Origin: Anthoceros angustus
Taxonomy: Eukaryota > Plantae > Anthocerotophyta
Reading direction: 5' to 3'
DNA: 64,000 nt
Assembly: GCA_010909165.1 (NCBI GenBank)
Contig: VJWM01000182.1
Span: 372,001-436,000 of the forward strand
A program made the position numbers and the translations under genes. Below are positions 26,901 through 38,445 of this stretch, piece after piece. The first letter of the stretch is position 1, and each line of letters begins with the position of its first letter. The notes under the pieces were generated by a model, which did no database searches, was not told the DNA's origin, and worked only from the letters and a program-made list of their open reading frames with translations.

Positions 26901-28434
26901 ATTGGCTATCGCAAGATGGAAAGTTGAAGCGAGGAGGAGAGTTAGATGTTGTTATGGCCAACAGAGCTCCAACAAAATTGCAGGGAGCGAATATCTCTCC
27001 TAGAAAACCTGCAACCTTATGCCAAGCCATTAACCATATCAAAAGAGGAACAACGCCTTGCAAGACAAGCAAATCTGCAGCACATGAGGCTCTTGAAAGC
27101 GGCCAAGAAACTAACAAGCCTTGTAGCACTTGATTGAGCTCAAGGTGACGGTGGTCAAGACCTACATGATGTGAGAGGAACATAGGATTTCATTAATCAC
27201 AGTGGAAAGACTGTTGCGCACCGGAGTGTGGAGCATTCGTTTCCATGTGAGAGCCCAAACACGAGACTAGCGACGGTCGGTGGCACTCAAGGTGTGGGCA
27301 AGTGGAGACAAATATCATTTCTTTGAAACCTCGTTTCATAATTATTTGATATATAATTTCAACGTTGAATTCTTACCACTAAACTACAAACAAACAAAGA
27401 AATTTAACAGCCATTACTCTTAATGCATAATAGTTTTTGGACAGACATTTTATGAGTTTGATAACAAATTCATTTGCAAAGTCCCGCATATATTAATATA
27501 TTTAGAAATAGCATTAACCGCTACGCCGCTAGTGTATGTCGGCAAACGGGAGTCTCGTGGCTGCATGTGTATCATGTTCGGAAAGTGACAAGTGAGCGGA
27601 AAAGGGGTGTAGACTGTAGAGTTCGGCATTTGAAATGATGGGAGGCCAGCTGTAACGGACAGACGGAGGCAGGGTGACGGGGCAGCGCTCGGCGGGGGTG
27701 CGACAAAAGCAACAGCAGTGGGAACAGGCAGGACCCGGGAGTTGGGGGCCGGGAGCTGGAGCCCTCAGCCCTGGCATGTGCGTGCCTTGCCGACGCCAGC
27801 CGCGCACCATACATTAAATCTCCGCCTCTTCTTCCACGCGCTTTCATCAGCCACTCGGCCTCACAGCCGGGCATCGCCCCCGGGACTTCCTCGGCTGCAC
27901 CGGCGCGCTCTCTGTGGATCCTGCTTGTGAGCGCTCTCGCCTCCCGCTTTGCTCGCATTCGTTTCTCGTTCTTGGTGGCCGGATCTGACTCCGCGTCTCG
28001 GTCGGCCGGATTGGCGTTCCTTTGCCATTTTATTTGCGACCGTTATACAATTCCGTGCTGCGCGGTGAACGTTTTCTTCAGTCTCTACACTTTGCGCGGT
28101 GGATTGGTTGGTGGAAGCTGACCTTCGCGTTATGCGATCTTGCAGGACAGTAGGAGGCCGTTTTGGAGGAACGAGCAGTTCAAGAATTCGGACTCAGCCA
28201 ACGTTGTGCAACAATGATGAACTCGTCCTCTCCTCCTCCACGTATGGTGCCCTATCCTTCCGGCTTGTGATTTGTTGCTCCAATTCGCGTTTCTCCACAT
28301 GCATTAGCACTCGTGCACCGTCGTTGCTCTTTGAGAAGCCAGATCTAGTCCACTTTGCTCAGGACATTTCTCCTTGCCATATTATCCGAGGCATGTTAGA
28401 CTTTGACGGCTGGTCGGCGTTTGCAGTGAGTGTA

Positions 28435-29120
28435 ATGGCCGCGGAGGACACGACCGCCGATCCTTCTTCATCTCCGTCCGAATTTCATCTTATGGTGGAC
28501 ATGTCTCAGGATGACACGTCGAGCAAGCCTACGACAAGCTTTTGGTCGTCCTCTATCTCAGCTATTACCAGAGGTGGGCATGCCTTCGGGAATTCTCTTG
28601 GGACCTCAACTTTGCAAATGCTGGTGCTGATTGGTGTCAGGTTGACTCATCTCCAGTGGCGGAGAACGTTGAGGGGAGATTGGCCGGGTGGTTTGGCATG
28701 AATCAGTCCAAATTTCAGTGGGCGGTGGACGCATACATGCAAGAACGAGCTGTGGTAGGTTTCTGCAGCAAATTCTCCTTCACTTTTCACTCTCAAGCGG
28801 TGTGAGAAGGAGTAAGGAGCCATGTTTCAGTTGTAACTCTTGATATTCATTGTGAACAGGCTGCTGAAAGAAAGAAGCTGCAGAGCCAAACATCTGGAAA
28901 TGGTCGAATGTCTGCTGGCCGGGAGCAAGTGATGCAGGTGAGGTATCCGATCTTACTAAGTCAAGCTTCCAGTCTCTTTCTGTCACTCTACTCTGCATAG
29001 AGCTTAATCTTGTCCAAAGCCACCATCAGGCCACCCCGGCTTGAGGCCTGTACTTGCTCAGTGAGATCTTCTAACTTAGCACGTTCCTTGCTGTCTCAGA
29101 GAGGTGGTTTGCCTGTCTGA
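28435..29120 (+). CDS. Candidate three-exon orphan gene or pseudogene (needs one frameshift near 28516)
   Basis: MAAEDTT...SQDD then (shifted) HVEQAYDKLLVVLYLSYYQRW...YMQERAV | AAERKK...EQVMQ | SLIL...GLPV*, with canonical phase-0 GT-AG introns. No family recognised. Confidence 0.35.
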
Positions 29121-30414
29121 TCTGAGAGGCTGGCAACGTATTCCAGACCAGGCCGGTTCTGTGATCATTAGGTTCATTATTTGAATAAGGGCTGCAAGAA
29201 CCAGGCTTCGCCTCTCTCCAAGCGAATTGGAAGTTTTCGTGGTACTCATTTTGAGTCTTTGGAGCTCCGGCTGTGGATTCAGACATAGTTGAACAAAATG
29301 GGAGAGCTTGTACATAGATTAAGCGGAACTCATCAGCTGCGAAACTTTGTATACTTCATAGTCAAGGACGGGAAAGTAGACTTTAAGGTCTCATATTATT
29401 TTTCAATATTATTTTTGATATTGGTATGAGATCACACTTCCGAATATCCTTAAACCGTATAGGTGATTAACTATTGCTATTGATAGGGGTTTAGTAAAAC
29501 TGCAAGACGGGGTTTAGGGTAATTGTAAGATCATGCTTACAAACACATCTCGGACTTGTGTGCGATAATGTTGAAAAAGGATGCGACATATTGAAAAAGG
29601 ATGAGTTGAAAAAAAACGACTATGTTAAAAAAGGATAGAGTTGACAGAAAAACTAATTTTGATACATTAGCATAATACAAACTCGTGTGGTGGATGGATA
29701 TCAACTTCCTGGTATGTATGTATGTGGTGAACAATGTCAACCTCATGAGTGCGAAAAGAATGGGGCCTAGCGATCCCCCCACATCATGAGGTTTCCTAAT
29801 CAACCACACAATTTTCGTAAGGAACATCTATTCGTTCCATCAATATATTATTTAATATAAAAACCTGATCACAGATAATTATCAACGACACAAATACAGA
29901 GTGACATATACTAGTTGTAGCTAAGACATGGACTATAAGCCAATCAACATATAACAAGGCTTTCATACGCTACATCCTTTCAAGATAACTACAACTAAAG
30001 TCTCTATGAAGTCAAAGATAGCTCCATCAATGCACACACAATGAGTTTTGCACGAAGAAGAGGTCTACAAGTTACGAAGTTTAGCTACATGAAATTATTC
30101 CACCAGTACCAATGAGCAAACAACCTCTTTGATTAGCTGCATATCAAAGGTAGACCAACTTCAAATGCCTCCTTGCTCAATAACTAACTTCGATAACAAC
30201 AAGACTCAATGCCACAAAAAATTTACCATCCTAAACCCTATATTTAAATAAAAGCCCCCTGGATCGGATACGAGCGTGTTAGGTTTGTGTGAACCCCAGT
30301 ACACGTATACTAAATGTAATGTAAGTTTCCTACGTTTTCTAAACTATAGACATATAAAAAAGGTTCAAACTCATCTACGTGAAGTTAAATTAAGCTCTTC
30401 AAAAATGCTAATTA

Positions 30415-30830
30415 TCCTCCCTTCATGACTGACACGGTTGCTGGGAGTTCATTTGAACTTCATTGTTAAGCAACCCTCTGGACGGATCGCTACTGGGATA
30501 GGGTACCTCCCACCCTTGATTACTCTTACAGTGGCCCTCGATAGCCTGCCTCTATTTTAAAGCCCTGTGTAGCTGCCTGATGTATGATCTTTACTGCATC
30601 GCCCGCTAAAAAAGGGCTGATGTTGCTGTTGTTGTAAGGTTCTGAAGCCTTGTGAGGCTGCTGAACAATGTAAGATTTATGATCTTTATTGTCTTGCCAG
30701 CAAAAAAAAGGGCTGTTGTTGTGAGGTTCAAAATTCGGCGGCGCCACCTAAAATATGATCTTTGATGTCTCGCCCGCAAAAAAGGGGTGTTGTTGTAAAA
30801 TTCTGATCCTTTGGAGTCGTTTAAATTATA
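30415..30830 (-). repeat. Copy of a dispersed repeat family also present at ~49050-50220
   Basis: Reverse complement contains GTGGGAGGTACCC...GAGGGTTGCTTAAC...AATGAACTC and GCTTCAGAACCTTACAACAA...GCCCTTTTT..GCGGGC, matching 49150-49520. Confidence 0.75.
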
Positions 30831-31459
30831 TGGCATGCAAATACTCAATTACGTTCACCCAAAGAAAAAATGCTAGCTGAAAAATTTCAAAGAAAGAACT
30901 AAGAATCTAAACTTACCCAACAAATCTCTAATTCGAATATTAGTGACATGCCTGACCAACCCATAACCCTACATCCTAAGCCTCAAGGTGGGTAGCTGTT
31001 TGTGAGATGAAGGAGCTGAGAAACAAGCTTCATATCTATTGCATATTTTAAGAAAATATGTCATATAATCAATTTTGATATAAAATATATTGAAATTTAT
31101 ATTTTAACTTAATATGATTTATTATTGTTATTATAATTTAATTAATTATTTTTTATCTATTATTTTCTCATAGTGTGAATTGAATAAAAGCTGTTTAAAA
31201 GAAAGTAGAGTATTGCAACATAAAGCCTCTTCTTCAACTATACAAGCCTATTCACTTAGTTAACAATAATTATTATTACTGATATCACTTATATTTATTT
31301 TTTACTCTACTTTTCAATTCAGTCTCACCGGATCTTATGAAAAATGGTTAATGTGGTGTTTGAAAAGAAAGGAGAAGCAAATGAAATTTGGTATTGAAAA
31401 GCTTATAAAAATTCTCACTATTACGGCATGTTTGAAGCTAAGTGCTTCGGGTCACAACT

Positions 31460-33203
31460 ATGGATGTTGCAGCAGATGAGCTTCCTCATCTTTATTCTTG
31501 GGTTTGTATTTTCTTAATACTTTTCATTATATCAAATACAAAATAATGTCGGGTACATAGTTACATGTGTGTATTTATTAGAATAGCTAACATTCTAAAT
31601 GCATGATATTTGAAAGGGCTTTTTCCTATTTAGTGTCAAGGATATTATCTTTTAAAAAAACTGGTGAGCTAAAAAGGAAGTTATAGTATTTAAGTGTATA
31701 ATGAAGGACTTTGATATGTGCAGATTGATAGCATACCGTTGTCACGGCCAAAACGTAACATAGCTCGAGACTTCAGTGATGGAGGTAAAGCCTTGGTCTT
31801 TGATTTAATCTAATATGGGCTCTAACTTTGTCTTTAATCTAGTCTTTAAACTTTGTCTTAAGTTTTTGAAGAGTTTGCAATAGGTTTAAAACATTATGCT
31901 AACATGTGAGACAATTTTCATTTACCTAAAGAAAAACTATGTCTATTGAATGTATGTGGATGCAGTTCTTGCTGCAGAGGTTGTGGCACATTATTGCCCT
32001 CGCTTAGTAGATATCCACAATTATAGTGCGGTGAATGGGTTGGCTCAGAAGATATACAATTGGAGCACATTGAATCGTACTAATGTCTTGACCTAATTTA
32101 TTTATGATATCAATTTTGGTTTATTATTTCTTTCAACTATGATATCATCGATATAATAGTCTCGTGTTTAATGGAGCAGTAAAAGTGCTGAAACGGTTGC
32201 ATATTTCTCTATCCAAAGAGGAGGTAGAAGGTGTTGCAAATTGTGATCCTGGGGTAATAGAAAGGATTTTAAAGCTTCTAAAATTTAAGGTACTATTTCT
32301 GAATTATTTATTTGGATACAAAATATTGCAAACTTAGAGTCCACCCTCTTATAAGAACATAAACTTTGTATATTCTAGATAGCTAAATACAATCCTAAAG
32401 ATCATAAGGATGAAGAATTTTGTAATGGTAACGGCAATGGTCATCATAGCAATGGCAATGGCAATAGTAACGGCACCAACGGGAATGGACATTGTAAGTT
32501 TGATTTATCCTTGAATGTACCTACACAAAAGTATTAAAACTTATTTGTAAATTTTTTACAAATGAGAATACGTAGATACATATCACTTTTATCTATTCTG
32601 TAAAATATTGATATTATTATATATATATTAAAAATTCTAATACTATTAAAATATTCAAATACTTATTTATATTTAATATTTATTTAGTAATTTAATGTAG
32701 GTTATTCGCCAAGAAAATGCTCACCTACAAAGCAGTAAGTACCACATGAGAGCCTTCTCGGTAATATATTAATATATTAATACATTGGAGGAAAAAATAA
32801 TACCCATATTTCTTGACAATGCAGACGGTTATCATCCGAGTCTAATTGTTCTCTGGTGAGTCTCTAATTTCTCTCATGTGAACTACCAAACGTGTTTATA
32901 GCTCGGTGATTTGGCTTCCTGGTTTTGACATGAAGCCTTTTCGCAGAATGGTCATCGGGCAAGCGGGGATGACATCGGATATGATAAGGACAGTACCGTC
33001 CGAGAACTACGAGAAACGATCGAGGTAATAACAATTCATTGCATGTTTGAGGGCAAAGTGATTACGGGCACCTGGTTTTTGACATCCTTCTCACACAGCT
33101 CTTGGAGGCTAAGGTTATGAAGCTGGAACAGCTAGTACGCCTAAAGGAGCACAAGATTCAAGTCCTCAGTGGCAAGTCAAGGAATGGGAATGGGCGTCCC
33201 TGA
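31460..33203 (+). CDS. SPEF1: Sperm flagellar protein 1 (SPEF1/CLAMP): N-terminal calponin-homology domain and C-terminal coiled coil, 9 short exons
   Basis: Spliced by eye with consistent phases: MDVAADELPHLYSW/IDSIPLSRPKRNIARDFSDG/VLAAEVVAHYCPRLVDIHNYSAVNGLAQKIYNWSTLN/LKVLKRLHISLSKEEVEGVANCDPGVIERILKLLKFK/.../LLEAKVMKLEQLVRLKEHKIQVL...*. The LSRPKRNIARDFSDG motif is characteristic of SPEF1. Confidence 0.92.
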
Positions 33204-33732
33204 AAACGGAAGAGCCCTGCTTCTGGAGGCTCCAGATATCGTGTATATGTGCTTCACAACGGCTCACCAATGGAACAACGGATTGCTCCGCAGGAAACGT
33301 ATCTGATCGTGCACTGTAAAGAGGGACGAAGAACAGGAGGTAATACGGAGGCCAGACCCCAAGCCTCTACATATTCTTGGAGTAGTTGCTCAGCTATGAG
33401 GAAGCTGCCCGGATTTCTTGGTGGCAGAAGGATAAGGTCCTGTAAGGGACCAACACCCATCTACTTTCTCCGCAGAATCCGACAACATCAAGGAGTAAAT
33501 AAGCTGCTACAAACGGAGCCCGGAGCTGAAAGGATATAGGTGCAATGGAGGGCTTTGCAAAGGAGAAATCCAGGCCACGTAAACGTCAACCAACGTCCGC
33601 GTGCCCTTCACACTTTCGTACTGCTCATAGTTTACAACATTGACATCTTACTAACATTGATACGCGACGGCTTAACATTGGCACAAAAAGAACAGAGCCT
33701 CTTCATGCGCCGAGTGCAGAGGCAACGCACAA

Positions 33733-34174
33733 TCATGCCTTCACGGCTTCCTTCGGAGCCTCTTCCACTGGCTCAGGCAGCTGCGGCCAAAGCTCAGTCG
33801 GCTTGCCTGTCTTGGAAACCTTGTCTAGCACAACATCCGGGGTGACATTTCCTTTCACAGTGACCTTCTGCTCCTTTAGGTCAATGTCAAATGTTTCCAC
33901 ACCTGCGGTGTAAGCACATGGAATTGCTCAGCTCGTGCGGGCTGCAATCTGCTGCTTGAGACGGCAGAAGGCCTTACCTTCAAGCTTGGACAGAACTCGC
34001 TTCACTGCACCGACGCATCCCTGGCAGGACATCCCGACCTTCAACACTACAGTCTGCAGACGCGGAAAGGGGGGTTGAATGTAAGGCCTACAGCCAGCAC
34101 AAATGCATCTCCACCCTCCACAATTGCACAATCCAGCATCAAATGATAGGTCACTTGCAACACACCTCTGCCAT
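33733..34174 (-). CDS. ATX1: Copper chaperone (HMA domain), ATX1/CCH family, 3 exons
   Basis: MAE / [26 protein letters not shown] / [38 protein letters not shown]...; MxCxxC motif and KTGK loop. Confidence 0.92.
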
Positions 34175-34658
34175 ATTGGCGACACGTCGCTGACGAATCA
34201 GGAAATTGCGCAGGCAAATACGATCACCAGGCGCGCACGGGATCAGCTCACTCCTCTCCTATCCTCGTGCTATGTAAGCAGCGAGCTTGGAGTTGAGACC
34301 AAGGTAGCCACTTTTTGTAAATCGTGTTTGACCTTTTTGGGTGGAGATATCAGAGAAAACAATGTGCGCCTGTTACGCTTTACAGTTTACTTTACACCAC
34401 TGGTGACGAGGACCAGGTCGCCATTCCATGTATGCAGACAGTTTTAGATCCTCGCATTTTAGGTTGGAACTGCAAGCAAGTAAACATGGGATTTCCACAT
34501 TCCCACTAAACTGGTGTCCACCGCTGGTTGGACATAGCTACGTATACAAGATTAAGAATAAAGCCTCTAGAATAGCTGCTCCGCTTGCTTAGGATACAAA
34601 GGAGATCGATCATACGGGGTGAAGACTTCAAAAGCCCCCGCAGAACAAATTAGTGCTA

Positions 34659-37600
34659 CTACTGTTGTAGCAACAGTCGAGCTTTTTCTTCAACATTCTC
34701 CACAGTGAAGCCGTACTTTTTGAAGACATCCAGATAAGCACCGCTTGCCCCAAATGTCCTCACCCCCAGCACATGTCCCTGAGGTCCTACGTACTCGCGC
34801 CAGCCGATGGGTGAGCCCGCCTCAACTGCCAGCCTTCTGTGCACCTTGGGAGGTAGGATTGATTCCTTGTACTCCTGCCCTTGCTCGTCAAATAGCTCCC
34901 ACGAAACCAGTGACACTACTCTTACTTTAGTACCTTCCTTGCGCAGGTTCTCTGCTGCCCCTTCGCAGAGGCACAGTTCGGAGCCAGTACCTATGAGAAT
35001 AATGTCAGGCGCCTGGCTGTTAGAGTTGTCGCTGACGATGTACCCACCTTTCTCCACTCCTTCCACTGAAGAGCCTGCCACATTCGCTAGCACCTTCTGC
35101 CTGGAGAGGGATATTACTGTGGGGCCATGGTGGCGTGCTATGGCCACCTTGTACGCCCCTGCTGTCTCGTTACCATCTGCAGGCCGTAGGACAACCATGT
35201 TTGGGATAGCTCTCAGTCCCACCAATTGCTCCACTGGTTGATGAGTTGGTCCATCTTCTCCCAACCCGATGGAGTCATGGGTGAGGATGTACAGCACCTG
35301 AGCTTCGCTCAGCGAAGATAACCTGATGGCATTCTTCATGTAGTCAGAGAAGACGAGGAAAGTGGCTGCAACGGGGATGAGGCCAGAGCTGTGGAGAGCA
35401 AGGCCGTTGGAAATCCCTGCCATGGCATGCTCCCTAACTCCGTAGTGAATGTTCCTGCCCCAAGGGCTTGTCGGTGAGAAGTCATCCATATCTTCGAAGT
35501 ACACTTTGTTGGAGCTTGCAAGGTCTGCACTTCCCCCGATCAATCCCGGAATGACTTTTGCCAAGGCGTTCAAGCATTTGTCCGAATAGCTGCGGGTGGC
35601 ATCCACTGGTTCATCCCCCGACCAGTGCTGCAGACAAGAAAGAGAAGTCAGGACTTTTGTGAAGTGTCCAGATCAGCCATGATCCATGAATGCGAGAAGC
35701 GAAGATATCTTAAACTCGAGAGCTGAGAGTTCTTACCGGCAGAACACGTGCCCAATCCGAGGGCAGCTTGCGATCAAGTAGGAGTCGAAATTCTCCTCCT
35801 TCCGCCGGATAATGAGTTTCGTATCTTTCGACTGTTTCCTTCCATATCTCCTCAAGATGTGCACCACGCCGCCCATTTTCCCTGAACCTCCTGTTAAAAT
35901 TGACACAGAAGGAACCTTAGATGCGCTGTACGTTGAGTCCTGAAAATATCTAATCGATCCTGAGTGCACAACAGCTTTGGAAAGAGATCAGAGGCGGGGC
36001 TTACTCATAAACCATGGGCAAGACAAAAAACGGCTCTCGCTCTGCAGGCCACCGAAGTTTCTGCTTCATCCTCGTCACGTCTTCTTCATCAAATGTACCA
36101 TGGTGAGCTTTTGCAGTGCCTTCCTTCTTAGACAATCTGCCAATGCTGGATTTTACCTGCAAGTTGAATAAGCAACGGCACTAAGACCAAGAACACCAAC
36201 ACTGGGGTAGAACAGGTAGCGCTTATTCCTGAGAGCTGGAGCTTAAGGTCATTCAAAGCCAAGCAGATTCCCCCAACCTGGATAAAAGTGGGCTTGTCTG
36301 TCTCCGCTACAGCTTCATCTAAAACTGCTCGTCGAAAACTTGAAAGATCCTCATAAATATTGTCGATGGTAATGGTGTGCCAACCAAGAGCACGGAATCG
36401 ACCAGCAACATCTTCGTCGAAGGCAAGATTTGTGTCGCCATCAATAGTGTTATGGTTGTCATCGTAGATGACCGTTAACTTGTGCAGCTTCAAATGTCCT
36501 GCCAAAGAAGCTGCCTCGTTTGCGATACCTTCCATGGCACAACCATCTCCCATTATACAATACCTAGATAAGCGCCAGACATCCCAGAACGCTCAGTTTT
36601 GACATCTCTAGCAGCAATGATCAGTCGGCTGAGCAAATGGGACATCTCAAGAAATAAGGACATTCCGTACGTTCGATGGTCTACCAAAGTGGCGTCAGGC
36701 TTGTTGAATCGAGCAGCAAGATGCCGCTCTGCAATGGCCAATCCAACTGCATTTGCCACACCCTGTCCCAAAGGACCTGCTTGGTGCCAAACGTATCACA
36801 CAGTCTGTGAGTTGGAAGGTCCTTAAAATGCGTCACAACAAGGAACACAATGTGCACTATTTGCAACCTCCAGAGACTTAGCCAGTATCCTGCACAGTTA
36901 CAATACCGACCTGTTGTAACTTCAATTCCAGGAGTGGTCACGTTTTCCGGGTGTCCAGGGGTTCTTCCATCCAACTTGCATAGCCGCTTAAGGTCCTCCA
37001 CCTGCATATTTTGGTACATCACATCCGCAAGACAGAATCTGATCAGTGACAACTGCCTTCACGAATAGATTTACGCTCTGGACAATGAACGTTGAGTGCA
37101 AATCTGTATGGAAATGTTGACGAGTGAAAGCGCGCGCACCTGCAGATCGTAGCCGGCAAGATGAAGGCAAATGTACTGCAGCAGGCAGCCGTGACCCGCG
37201 CTGAGCACAAACCTATCTCGATTAAACCAACGCGGATTATCGGGATTGTACTTCATCACATCTTTCCACAAGACGTATCCAACCTCTGCGAGGCCCATGG
37301 GAAGACCCGGGTGGCCAGACTTTGCATTGTTCACGGAATCAACGACAAGCATCCGGATGTTGTCAGCACAACGCTTATCAATTTGTGCCTGAAGGACGTC
37401 CTCGCTTTCACGTTCCACTTTCTTGGTGTCCAGACTGGAAGCTAAAGCAATCTCATTCTTCCAGGCCTCCAACGTCTCCCCCTCCTCCAAGTCTCTTCCA
37501 TTGACAACGTTCTGCGGCCCGGATCCGGAAGCGCTTCCCTCAACCTTCTTGTTGTAATCAACTTCCGGCAAAGTCACGTTCCCATTCGCCCCGCTGTCAG

Positions 37601-37892
37601 GCTTCTTCACGGCATCGGACGTGACTGCCTCTGATTCTCGATAATCAGCTCGCGCAGCTCCTGCCGGAGATCCCATTCCCTCGCCCCTCGCCCTAGGCCT
37701 GCCTCCGCGTAGCAGCCGGATCGCGCCGGTCGGCCTGAAGCTGGTTGAGAGCTTGCTGAAAGGAGGACGCTGCAGATGCGTTGCAGCTTGGCTTGGATCA
37801 CAGAGTCTCACAGTCTGAGCACAGTTGTGGTGCAAAACGCTGGTCGGGGAAATCAGAGGACGTGTAAGACCTGCTCTGGACTCTAGCAGCAT
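34659..37892 (-). CDS. TKL: Transketolase with predicted plastid transit peptide, multi-exon
   Basis: [36 protein letters not shown] motif GDGCAMEG...[33 protein letters not shown]. Confidence 0.96.
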
Positions 37893-38445
37893 GGTGTTCT
37901 CAGCTGACTGAAGATGAATGCCAGACCTGCCGCTTGCTGCCAGTTTTCAGCTTCTAATCGAGCTCTTAAGAGCCTCTTCGCATACATTCTTGTGAGCTTG
38001 CTCTTGATGCACATTGGTGTGTGAAATGCCTGGCAGAGATGGTGGCAGCCATGCAACGCGTTGCTGGCCAAGTGGCATGAGCTGTCCTCTGCCAAATGTC
38101 GCCGGTGAGCGTAAGCGCGCTACCGCCGTGTCACCCGAGCTTGTGGAAGTTGGAACACGATGCGCATCACCTTCCGACCGTCCTCTCCGACGGAACGGCG
38201 GGCACACGGCAACAAACAAAACGGATCGGGACTAAGAACGGGCGTTACAAATAACGTAGGAAACGCGTATAAATTATTACATATAGTATACTAGTTACAA
38301 AACCCTGGTTGCTGCGAGGGTGGGAAGTCGGAACTATGAGAGGCCTTCGAATCGTGCGAAAGGGTTGTTGGGTTGCAGCAGTGGGTTCCATGGCTGAGCT
38401 GTGAAGGGGCTTGGATCTTCCTCACATCAGAGGGTGAATAGAATC

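Noticed and set aside
26250-27535. CACTA/TAGTG pentamers (26254, 26315, 27530) as transposon termini
   Set aside because: No extended terminal inverted repeat and no matching 3-bp target duplication.
32902-32905. Possible 4-nt micro-exon (tag CTCG gtgatt) in SPEF1
   Set aside because: The reading frame is already consistent without it, and inclusion would frameshift.
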